This document shows, one piece after another, positions 52,088 through 64,000 of a DNA stretch of 64,000 nucleotides. The notes under the pieces were generated by a model. It was not told where the DNA came from, did not search any database, and saw nothing but the letters and a program-made list of their open reading frames with translations. Every line of letters starts with the position of its first letter. The stretch's first letter is position 1. The translations under genes and the position numbers were made by a program. This DNA is from Octopus sinensis (taxonomy: Eukaryota): assembly GCF_006345805.1 (NCBI RefSeq), contig NC_043001.1, positions 55,490,001 through 55,554,000 on the forward strand, in the 5' to 3' direction.

Positions 52088-52456
52088 ATTTGACAGATAT
52101 TTGTCCTTATCTTGTTTGTTGTTAACACAATGTTTTCGCTGATATACCCTCCAGCCTTCATCAGGTGTCTTGGGGAAATTTCGAACCTAGGTTCTCATTT
52201 CTAAGGTATTTTTTGATGGTATTATTATTATTATTATTATTCAGGTCACTAACTGAACAATAACAACAACAACATCAAAACATACCTTAGGAATGAGATA
52301 CCAGGTTTGAAATTTCCCCAAGACACCTGATAAAGGCTGGAGGATATATCAGCCGAAACGTTGTGCTAACAACAAACAAGATGAGGACAAATATTGTCAA
52401 ATGTAAATAATGTAAATAATGTACATAGTTCCTCATCTCTTAAATATAGAACTGTA
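52088..52456. mobile_element. Second, longer fold-back copy of the same hammerhead-bearing Penelope-type element
   Basis: Inverted arms of about 135 nt (about 52088-52225 vs 52262-52404). Same 3' end (CTCATCTCTTAAATATAGAACTGTA) as the copy at 45 kb. Confidence 0.75.
52322..52367 (+). ncRNA. Minimal type I hammerhead ribozyme motif (G8 mutated in this copy)
   Basis: GACAC-CTGATAA-A-GGCTG-GAGGATATAT-CAGCC-GAAAC-GTT-GTGCT: stem I, core, 5-bp stem II and palindromic AACGTT stem III. The other arms show CTGATGA at the core. Confidence 0.65.
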
Positions 52457-53477
52457 ATATATATTTATATATATTAACAAGATTCTTGTAAAGTCTAATG
52501 ATGGGGATTACATTTTGTTGTTTAACCCCAGGTCAGCAGTGATCAGGCAGACCTATGATCAAAGATTTTCTAGCCTTCACTAAAATGTTGTTCTTTTTCT
52601 TTTGTGAATATCTATGAATATATTGCCACAATGTATTCTCTTATTTCTTTTATTCCTATTTTAAAAAGAAGAGACATGAAACCTGATTTGAGAGAAATTT
52701 TACTGTTGTTTCTAGAGGGTCAAGCAAACATATACAAGTTAGATGTTGTCAGATAGAACTGCAGTAGCACTGTATGTTCTTTTTTGTTTCGTTTTCTTTT
52801 TCTGATTTATGATGTGGGTCACATGGTGAAGGTGTGGTCATTGTTGCTGCTCTTTTAATTGGGAATACTGTAATGGATGTAGTGGTGGTGGTCGTAATCG
52901 CGATAGTGGTGGTGGTACTGGCGGTGCTGGTGGAGGAGGAAATGGTCACTGAATGTTTGATGTAAGAGGCTAGAATATAAAAAAGGATTATATTACTATC
53001 GCAGCTGTTTAAATGCCTTTTGCTAATGACACTTTTCTATCTTTTATTGATCCTGCAACAGCAAAGCATCAATTGGTTAAAGACTGGCTAAGGAGGAGAA
53101 GGAAGAGGAGGAGGATGGAGATACAATAATAACAACAACAACAACAACAATATCAACAATGTCTGTTGTTGCTGCTCTTGTTGTTGTTTCTGTTAGTTAG
53201 CTGAGTTTTATGTCTAAGCTGGCAAGCAGGCAATAAAAATATTAAAAAAATGTTGGTGCTGTTTCTGTCTGGAACATAGTGATTGGTGACTACCATTGTC
53301 ATCATTGCCATCATCAATCTCTTCATCACTCATCAAAATTCACAGCATTCGTCATCATCTTTATCATTAATCTATTTCCAGATCATCATTCACCAAGGTA
53401 TAAAACGATGATGATGAATGAAAACGTAAAACTGTCATCAAGATTATTCATCATCATCATCGCAGTTATACATAGTG

Positions 53478-53520
<43 letters not shown>

Positions 53521-53918
53521 CACTGCCTTCGTCATTGTCATCATCATCATTGTTTTGGCTATACATCCTGCTAAACCCAATTCTGCCTTTTATTCTTGTG
53601 GGTGGGTAACAAATAAAATCAAAATCCTGAACCAATTACATTGACAGTTCTCACTCCAAATTGTGGGGCTATGTGCCAATGTATTGCAGAATTATTAAAG
53701 TGTCAGACAAAATACCTTGCAGTACTTATTTTGGCCCCTTTGTGTTCTGAGAGCCATCCCTGCTGAAGTCAATTTTGTCTGTCATCCATCCAGGGTCTAT
53801 AAAGTGAAGTACCAGTGAAAGACGGGGTCAATGGTTTCCACTAAATCCCACCCCTCAAAAATCGCTCACCTTATGCTCCTATTAGAAATCATAATCTTCA
53901 TCATCATTATTATTATTA

Positions 53919-54150
53919 AGGTGGCGAATTGGCAGAATCACTACCGTGCCAGGTAAGATGCTTAGCGGCATTTTGCCCATTTTATATTTTGAGTTCAAAT
54001 TCAGCTAAGTTTGATTTTATGTTTCATCCTTTCGGGGTTGATAAAAATAAGTACCAGTTGAACACTGGGGTTAATGTAATCGATTTACCCACTCCATGGA
54101 AATGCTGGCCTTGCACCAAAATTTGGAATCATCACCATCATTATTATTGT
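53919..54150 (+). mobile_element. Family A SINE
   Basis: Same head and central block as the other family A copies. Confidence 0.75.
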
Positions 54151-54516
54151 TGTAGTTGTTGTTATTATTATTATTTAGTTTGGGTTTTCATTAGAAATGA
54201 CAAAAATGCAATGAAAGATAGTGAGGTTAGAAGGAAGAGGTATGTCAGAGAGAGAGAGAGAGACTGAGTGAGAGGAAGGCAAACCATTGATAATGAATAA
54301 ATAACCTTCAGTCTCTCCAGCCTATTAGAATATTTCAAACTCAATCTCTTTGATCCCATCAAGTCTGCTTGCTAGAACAGAGGCAGTTACAGGGAGGAGA
54401 GAAAGAAGAAAAACAAAAATGCAACAAGCAAACGAGAAAGAAATGCAAAAGCAAATACAATACAAGAACAAAAATAGATAATACTGAAACCAAGGAAGAG
54501 AAACACAAAGAGAGAG

Positions 54517-54557
<41 letters not shown>

Positions 54558-57075
54558 CATATATATATATACACATATAAACACATTCATACACGCACAC
54601 ATATGTATATATACATATAAAGGTTTCATATTAGTTGCAAATTTGTTAAATAAACCTAGAGATTTAGGCTCAACTACAAAGCATAACAGACAGCCTTGCT
54701 ATGTTTGCTGTCACAGCAAAATGTTGCTATTGAAATCATGTAAATGAATTATTTGCCACTAGAGAGTTATGGACTGACATGATGTATAGGATTCTAAGGA
54801 ATGTAGTGCATACAGTGTGATAAATTTTAATAATGCTGTAGAAAGCAATGTCATGCCTATGACTAGATGATGATGATGACGGTAGTGGTTGTGATGATGA
54901 TGATGGTGGTGGTGGTGGTGATCGTGGCAGCAGTAACATTTTGGAGACATAAAAACTTCCAAGTTCACCTCACAAACTAACTGTTTTAATGTCGTTTCTT
55001 TTCTGTGTTCATTTTTTATTTCATGTTTTTACTGCACAACTAAGAGCAGTTCTGTGTGCCTTGGGTATGTGTAGTGTTTTTATTTTGGTTTTGTATTTTC
55101 TATTGTGTCGTGTAGTGATATATAATATGTAATTTGTGTGCATTGAAGGTAATATGTCTGCATAATGTGTGTGCAGTGCCTTTTGGTGGTATTTTCTATG
55201 TTGTGCATATTTGTAAAACCTGGCATTTTGGTTATGTACTTATCTGCATTTTTAACAATACCCGAAGAACACCACCCCCATCAATCCTTTTCAGTGTAGG
55301 GATTATTTCTATGTTTAGTTCCCACATTCTGGTTGTCTCAATATCCAGATCTTTATAACTGACATTTATAATTGTCTGCTGGGGTGGATACTTCGGTGAG
55401 AAAGCACCTCTTCCCATGTGTCCTTCACAACAATATTACGTCAATTTGCCTTGATCTCCCTATCTGTGTGGACGGGTATATCTCTCGTTAAATACAGGGG
55501 TTAATTTACTCAACTATCCCAATCCCTCAAATTTCTGTCCTTGTAAGAAACTACTATTGTAATTGATATTTTTGTTATTTTACTCCATTAGCAGAGGGGA
55601 TTCTTTAGTTTGGCACAGAGATCAGCTCTCAAAACTGACTGTTTTACAGTGTGTAATTCCTTTTTTAACATTTTTTTCTTTGTTTCAAAATAATCTAAAA
55701 ATCTTCCATTAAAATTTTATGTTAATTTAAGTACCAAACACCAGCTTAATAATGACAAAGTAATTTTACTAAATTCTTCACCATTTTCAAAATTAATTTG
55801 AAAAATGGCAGTGTATTTTAACAGAAATATAGTTACAAAAAGGTTAAGGGAGTGTGCAGTGAGGCACTGAGGTCACCTCACAAATGCCTCTCTATTAATG
55901 TCACTCTTTTAAAGTGTGTTATTTGACAATGAGGTCACAACTAGCTGTTTTATCATTTTCTTTTTAAAGTGTCTTTATTTTAACATAGAGTTCACTGTAT
56001 GACTGGTTGTTTTACCATGTCACATAATCTTTTTCAAGAGTGTAGTCATTATACTCTGTCGGGGGGTTTTAATTTGGCACTACAAAACAGCTCAAATTAT
56101 TGAACAGTTCTGAGATGAGCTAATAATGGACTCTGTCAAAATAGAAATAGTCACAGCTAGTTCTACTCATTGAGAGCAAACACTAATTGTAAACAACAAA
56201 AATTTCTAGATGAACCAATAACAGAATTTCTATCTTCTATGTAGACTTTATTTAAACCCTGCTGAGGTCATATTAACCTTTTATCCTTTTGGGGGTTGAT
56301 GAATAAAGCAAAAGTCCAAGGCAGTGGACTGGTTGAATTAGCAGTGTGTTAACCTGCCTGTCTTGCAACATTTGTTTTGGTTGTTGGCATTCTCATGCAA
56401 TGCTTGAGATGAGATAAGTGCTGAGGTGAGTTGGCTCATAACTTTCAGATGGACATCAGTGACACAGAGAGGAGAGATTTACATGAGAAACTATTGGCTT
56501 TATGTATGTATACCCATACAAACAAGCACATGGAAACACACACACACACAGCAACCAAAGAGTACATTTGAAGAGGAAATATCCAAATGCAGATCCATAA
56601 TCTTGAGATTTGAGGTGTGATTTGAGGGGGATTTAGTTACTGTTTCTAACAGGTAGTGACCTTGTAGATGGTTCTGCTTTAACTAGTGTAAAGCTACTAT
56701 AAGATGGGAGGTGGCAAAAAAGCAGTAAAGTCTAAAACAGAGTCATTTTTTTGGTAAATTGGTAATTATGAGATGTTTATTAAGTCTTGTGTGGTAAGAG
56801 AAAAAGATGCTTGTCATGAAAGGGGACCTTGAAAACTGGAAGAGAAAATGGTGATGATGATGCACCTGCTAAAGATGATGATAAAAGGATAAAGTTATAT
56901 TTCAATATATAAGGCTAATACAACTTATGATGCAAAATTGGGGAAAAGTAACATTTTTGTTAAGTTGTAGACCAATCCAACCCAAACTATGTCAAAGTTG
57001 AAAACAAAACTGTGATTAAACAAATTTTATAGCAATAATATATAGACTAAAAGAAACAAAATAACAGAGAGAAAC

Positions 57076-57121
<46 letters not shown>

Positions 57122-57845
57122 TGGACTCGCCCATCCTTAGATGATGTATGAGGATTCTGCAATTTCTTGCTGAATAACCATACAAATGATTTGTTTATAG
57201 AGATCAAATATTTGTGTTCACATAAGCTCACTCCCTCCATCAGATTGACATTACCTGCACAGGTGCAACATGTGCTACATGTCAGATGGCGAATTGATTG
57301 TAGAGCAACTTGAAATGAAGTGTTTTGCTCAACAACACAATGCAATGCCTGGTCTGAGAATTAAAACCATGATCTCACAGTTGTGAGCACAACACCCTAA
57401 CCACTAAGCCATGCACCTTCATATACATACATATATAAATAAAAGGGGAAAAGAGAGAGAGAGAGAGTAAGTGAGTGAAAGGGAAAAAGCACTGAACCAC
57501 CATCTACCAACCCACCTCCTGGTTTAATGGTCTAAAGGCATTGAGCAGGTGGCACACATATGTTCTCATTTAATATATGTATCCTTTGAAGAAGATATCT
57601 AACTCATTAGTGAATTAATAGAAGATTGTTTTCTGAGAAAATATATTAATTTAAATGTAATGGAATAAAGTGTGTAGGTAAATGTTTCAGGCAAAGCAAG
57701 ATGCTGCATACAACTGGATTCCTATTAGTGATCCTAACATATCTATTATCTTTTCTTTTCAACCATTTCACCAACATCTTACATCTTGATTCTTTAATTT
57801 CTCATTCACTCCACATTTTGTTTGTTCCCCATTTTCTCTCTCTCT

Positions 57846-57885
<40 letters not shown>

Positions 57886-58271
57886 GTGTACATATCTGTA
57901 GAAAATGAAAGGGAAGGGAAGTAAAGAAAGCTTCCAACAATGCAGAAAGTTTTACAAAGAAAACAAAAAAAACTCAATATTCCGGACGCAAAGGCCCATC
58001 TTCAGAAGGAAGTAGTCCAAGAAATGTGCATTTACACTGACCTCCTTATTTTATTTTAAGCTTCTCAGTGTTTCGGTTAACAGCAGTAACTCTCCAGCTG
58101 TTGGTCATGGTCATTGTGACATATTTTTATGTGGTAGTGGTGGTGTATGTTATGATGTTGGTCATAGCCACCATAATGTATTCATAGTAGCCACCAGTCC
58201 ATCTCCAATCGACTACTGATTTTGGGGTTAAGGCAGTGGATCAGTAGAGCTTCCTTGATATGAAGATATAT

Positions 58272-58357
<86 letters not shown>

Positions 58358-59224
58358 GATAGATAGATTAAAGACCAAAACGACCTTTGTAGCAAATATC
58401 AGTTTGCACATCCTACATAACTTGGATGTGTTGTTTTAAACACTTTAGGCTGCGGCAATCGTTTTGAGAAATCACCATGTATAGATGTTAAGTGTTAAAA
58501 AAGAACAGATTATATCGGCAGACAAAACTTCATCAGCACAGTCAGACAACTTTGTTGTATCACATGATTTCAGTGTAATTTGGGCTTCAGCACCAACAGG
58601 CACCCTACTACTGAATGACAGATCAAAAATCTATCAAACTGTTACACACACACACCAGTGTCTATTCAAAATCATTTTTGGGCTTGCTCTTTTTCTCGTA
58701 CAGTCTTGAGTTGGATGAAATTTATTGAAACAATGTTTGATGTTTGGATGCCCCTTCTGTCACCAACTTGCTTTCTCAAGTAAGATATTTATATTTCACT
58801 GGCTCTTCACTGGAAATCGATGAAACTATCAAGCTATGGTATGTATTGTTTACAAGAGATGTAAACAAACACACTGTTGTTCCGCCTTTCTACTCTTCGT
58901 CATTTACAAAACATTTTCCCCTACTTCTCTTTCAATATTTGCACTATTTTATTCTAAGCACAAATTAACAGTCCTCCCCAGGGACCATTTCCAAACAAAA
59001 TTTTATTAATTGATTCATGTAGAATTTCTTCATTTTGTTTTTGAAGCTTATATTTGATTGAATGAAAATATTTAAACTGTGATCACTATTGAAAAGTTTT
59101 CTTTGTTATTTAATTAAATAGATCTTGTTGTTTAACCCCAGGTTAGTTCTGACTGAGAAGGTTTATACTCAAAGATTTTCTTATCATTTTAATACATTTT
59201 CATACATAATATATATATATTCTG

Positions 59225-59497
59225 AGATCCCCTTCGGTCACGACACAGACCATGGGATTGCACATAGAAAGTTACCTTCCTAGGCACAAGTCCAGGCAAG
59301 GTTGTTTATGGAAGACAAGCAGTTGCCCATGCATACTGGCCTCCCCTCTCTACGGCACCAGTGTTATCCAAGGGAAAGCTTGACACCTATGATGTTGCAA
59401 CTCATTTCTACAGCCAAGTGAACTGGAGCAACGTGATTCGAGCTCACAACCTCACGATTGTAAGCTCGATGCTCTAACCACTGAGCCATGTGCCTTC
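59225..59497 (-). mobile_element. tRNA-derived SINE (family D), internally deleted
   Basis: Head GAAGGCACATGGCTCAGTGGTTAGAGC (A box). Related heads at 26408-26730 (+), about 57125-57420 (-) and about 9762-10030 (-). Confidence 0.7.
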
Positions 59498-59984
59498 ATA
59501 TATATATATAGTTCATTGTTTAAACCTCGCCAAGATAAATATTTAAACCACCTGATGAATGACTGCAACTCAAAAATTTGAAGATGTTAGCAGGCATGAA
59601 CCGATCGTAGTGTGATATTAATTATATTTTTTTAATAATTTTGTTATATATTTAAATAATATAAATTAAATAATCTTATGTATTGGATTGAGTTTTTCAT
59701 TGTTTGATTTGCCTAATAGTGGTTTTGTCTCTAATTTAATATAATATAATATTTTACTATAAAATTGGATTCTATCCTAAATCTGATTTTTCCCTGTAAG
59801 TTTGGATTTATTCCCTAATATTTATTATTATTATATATATATATATATATATATCTTCCTATATGTCCTTTCTTTTTTCAAAACAGTAGAGTACAACATC
59901 AAGGAAATGGCTGTGAGTTTTAGCACACTGAGCAACTATGTAAAGATCTCACACCAAAACAAGTACAGAGTTTTCACCATAGAC

Positions 59985-60390
59985 ACAGGCGTGGCTGTGT
60001 GGTAAGCAGTTTGGTTCCTAACCACATGGTTCCAGGTTCAGTCTCATTGCATGATACCCTGGGCAAGTGTCTTCTACAATAGCCTTAGGCTGATCAAAGC
60101 CTTGTGAGTGGATTTGGTAGATGGAAACTGAAAGAAGCCCATCATATATATGTATACATATATCTATGTGTGGTGTGTGTTGTGTCTGTGTTTGTCCCCC
60201 ATCTCTGTTTTGACAACCAGTGTTAGTTTGTTTACATCCCTGTTACTTAGCAGTTCAACAAGAGAGACTAATAGAATAAGTACCAGGCTTTAAAAAAAGT
60301 ACTGGGTTGATTTGTTTGCCTAAAAACTTTCAAGATAGTGCCCCAGCATGGCCAGTCAGATGACTAAAACAAATAAAAAATAAAAGATAC
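59985..60390 (+). mobile_element. Family B SINE
   Basis: Direct sequence match to the other family B copies. Confidence 0.75.
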
Positions 60391-60622
60391 AGTTAAAGAT
60401 TACAATTATTTCCCATTGTATTCCATATACAATTAATTAAAATTAATTGGTTTATTGTATTATATACACTAGTACCACTACACACACATATATATAAAAC
60501 TGTTGAGAGTCATCTAAGGCTACACAATAACTGCTTGCATTACAATGGACCCAGATTGCTGATTTGTGGGTCATACCATAATTACAATATGTGACTTGTT
60601 ATCTACAAGACAGCCTCTAAGT

Positions 60623-61192
60623 CAGTGGTTCTTAAACTGGGGGTCCATGATCCCCTAGGGGACCATGAAGTGATTTTAAGGAGACTGTGAAGGGATGCTG
60701 AAGTATTGTGAAAACAGGGTGGCTTGAGACAGTTAAGTTTAAAAAACTTAAGACTTCCAATTTTTCACATGCTATCACCCTTTTTTGTCATTGGCCTCAA
60801 AAAACCCATGCTACTCCTACACACTCATTTGCTAATCACATTTGTTGTAAACAAGTGTCATTGACCGACAGAAAATATGCAGGTATAATGGTTGATTGTA
60901 CATGTGCTGTCGGTATTTTTTGATTCTCATTTGTTTTGTAACCAACTCATCAACTGATTCCCCATATGTTCATGTGCATTTATTGTGTCCCAATGAGACA
61001 TTGCCTGGATTAAGTTATGGTTTTCAGGGTTGTGGATCTATGGGTAGTGAGGTTCATAGTCTGGAAATTATGGTACATGAATGTATATCCCTTTTTCCAT
61101 GTTGATTATCCTACATTTTATAGGAGACTGTGAGTCATCGGGAAAACTGTAAGGAGACAAGTAAAAGTTTTTTAAAAGTTTGAGAACCACTG
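60623..61192. mobile_element. hAT (Charlie-type) non-autonomous element
   Basis: TIRs CAGTGGTTCTTAAACT and AGTTTGAGAACCACTG; 8-bp TSD CTCTAAGT / CTCTCAGT (7 of 8 match). Confidence 0.8.
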
Positions 61193-63547
61193 CTCTCAGT
61201 AGTCTCTCAACTTTCAAGTAATAACAGCCAAATCTCCCACTTATCATTTAAAAAACAATAGAGTGGTTCTGTATGCATAGCATTTCACAAAGAAAGTGAC
61301 TGGAATGCTTTTGATCATAGGTTAGCTAAACCAGTGTTGACCTGGCAGCAGCAGCACCACCACCACTACCACCACCATCATCATCACTGTGGTGTAGTCA
61401 CATTACATATCTGTGTCGAATGTTGTTATTTACATGACATAACATCTGGTTGACCTCAAAGTGCTGAACCTTACAAAGGAGATGATAGAGGACTGAAATA
61501 TATGACACATTGCTGTACTCAGAAAGACCCACCCATCACAACAGAATTGAGATCCTAAAACCAAAGTGCCATATAAAAAACATTTGTGCAAGTGCTGCTG
61601 CCACGTAAAAATCACTCAGTACACTTTGTAGAGTGGTTGGCATTAGGAAGGGCATCCATCCATAGAAACCAAACCAAAACAGACTATGGAACCTTGTGCA
61701 GCCCCTGGCCTTGCCAATTCCTGTCCAGCAGTCCCATTCATGCCAGCATGGAAAACGGACATTATATGATGATGATAGCCATTCTGCTGCTATTCTAGGT
61801 TAACTCAAGGTTAGTTTAGCTTTCACTGATCTGAGTTATAATCAAAGGCATTCCAAACTGAACACTTTTTATCTACTTCACTAATAGTTTATCAAGGACA
61901 AACTACATTATTAAATATATCACATGTATTTTAATGGCAAGGCGGGATTTGAGGGAGATTTGGTTGCTATTTCAACCAGGTTCACTCACCACGACAGAGG
62001 TTCCCCTCTTGGGCTTCTTGTTTAGCAAGAAAACATAGAAGAGAAAGAGGAAAAGAGGGTGCGAGGGAGATAGAGAGAGAGTTATAATGGGATAGAGGAG
62101 AGAAAAGAGAGACAAGAGGAAGTCACTGAAATTAAATATGAATTGAACAATCAAGTTAATTACGAAAACATACACACACCCTCCCAACACATCGTAATTG
62201 GTGACATCGCCATCACCAATATTATTAATAAATAGAATTTCCACCATGCCTTCATCATCATCATCATCATCAATAATGCTGCCACTAGGACCATTGATAA
62301 ATATGATTTCCACCACTACCACCCCTTCATTATTATGCTGATGAACATTACAGTTTTAAAGACATGTTGACAGATATGCAAAATACATTACCATAAACAA
62401 AGACACATACACAAACACACACATACATGCATGCACACATACATATGCATGTATGTGCATGCATGCACGCACATATACACGGAAAAATTAATGTAGTGAC
62501 CCTTGCGTATACACACTGTGAACTTGTATAAGAGCAGGAAATATTTCTGTTTTCTGATATTGAATAAAGCTCTTACAGAATCTCTACACCAAACACTCAC
62601 CACCAGAAAGACTTCTGCCATTTTCATCACCGGCACCACACCACCAACACCATCTTCAGTGTTGGTTGTTGTTATCATAATCCTCCAAAGCTATATAACC
62701 AACTCAAACATCACCTCCCACACTGCCATGTCCACTAGTATTACAGCAATGACTACCACCCCAACCTAAACCAATACTACAACAACAACAACGAGCATCA
62801 CCACCGCTGCCACCACCACAACTGCCAACTTCATTAACACCACCACTACCCCTGACCAGTCATAATTGCAGGATAATAATGGACAGGCGGGTCTACAGTA
62901 TGGTTAGTCGAATCATGCTTTCCTGGATTATGAAAACTAATGAAGAAAATTAATTTCCTGTCCAAGACTGACATATTAAATTAACATTTCAATCAAGTAT
63001 TCTATACCAAAGATAAATACATACTTAGATACATACACACACACACACACATATATATATGATGGCATCAACATCTCACTGACCTGACAGATTTCTTTGA
63101 TATGAAGTAGGAGAGAGGTAGTAAAGTTAGCTAAGTGGAGGTTCATGAGAAGAAAGAGCATCTGTTTCAATATATATATACAAGCTGTCCTGTTTGTTAA
63201 AGAGTCAGAGAAGTCGGACATCAGAGTAGGTAACATAGAAAATGTGGCTGTCTTAAATTGTATTCGTGTGTGATGGAATGTTCATACGTGCACATTGGAT
63301 AATAAATATTTAATTTATATGTACATACAAGTGCTGGCCAGCATGGCTGTGTAGTTAAGAAGCTTGTTTTGCAGCTATGTGGTTTCAGGTTCACACCCAT
63401 AGTGTGGTACCTTGGGCAGATGCCAGCTACCATAGCCCTGGGCCAGTCAATGATTTGTTTATGTCCTTGTAGCTTAGTGCTTTGGTGTAAGAATAATAGA
63501 AATAAGTACTGTTTAATCATTGGCAGCAAGCCAATGATAAAAACAAG

Positions 63548-63960
63548 CAGGAGTGACTGTGTGGTAAGAAGTTTGCTTCCCAACCACATGGTTCCAGGTT
63601 CAGTCCCATTGCATGACACCTTGGGCAATTGTCTTCTACAACAGCCTCAAGCCAACCAAAGCCTTGTGAGTGGATCTGGTAGGTGGGAACTGAAAGAAGC
63701 CCATCATATATATATAAATATATGTGTATACATGTATGTATGTGTGTTTTTGTGTCTATGTTTGTCCCCCACATCAGTGCTTGACAACCATGATTGGTGT
63801 GTTTACGCCACCATAATTGAGTAGTTCAGTAAAAGAGACTGATAGAATAAGAACTAGGCTTAAGAAATGAGTCCTGGGGTTGATTTGTTCAACTAAAACC
63901 GCTCAAGGCAGTACTCCAGCATGGCCACAGTCAAATGACTGAAACAAATAAAAGAATAGA
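63548..63960 (+). mobile_element. Family B SINE
   Basis: Direct sequence match; a head-only copy lies at about 63330-63440. Confidence 0.75.
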
Positions 63961-64000
63961 TACATATATCATCATCACCTTTATCATTTATTATCCACTA

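Noticed and set aside
58485-58640. Minus-strand frame RVPVGAEAQITLKSC, superficially like an Ig strand, as a candidate Robo exon
   Set aside because: It lacks the Ig tryptophan and YxC motifs, has a weak donor, and lies on the wrong side of Ig1 for a Robo Ig2.
59552-59600. CTGATGAA motif beside a TA tract
   Set aside because: No GAAA at a workable distance and no stems; at most an unrecognisable relic.

Overview
AT-rich, microsatellite-saturated animal genomic DNA. The repeat families resemble those of octopus (recognised from memory, not by database search). The only convincing host coding sequence is one 312-nt minus-strand exon (37768-38079) encoding the Ig1 domain of a Roundabout (Robo)-family receptor. 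I found no other Robo exon, so most or all of the window is probably very long intron. The rest is tRNA-derived SINEs, RTE LINE 3' fragments, decayed Penelope-like elements (PLEs), a Helitron derivative, Tc1/mariner, hAT and piggyBac-type non-autonomous elements, and simple repeats. Nearly all other ORFs in the track are microsatellite or repeat read-through. The most notable items are: (1) two fold-back, PLE-type short elements, each with a minimal type I hammerhead ribozyme motif in both arms, one flanked by a 12-bp target-site duplication; (2) a separate hammerhead motif near 3.1 kb; (3) a 5'-inverted (twin-priming-like) RTE insertion; (4) a head-to-head mariner derivative; (5) a tentative exon-complementary intronic segment next to the Robo exon.
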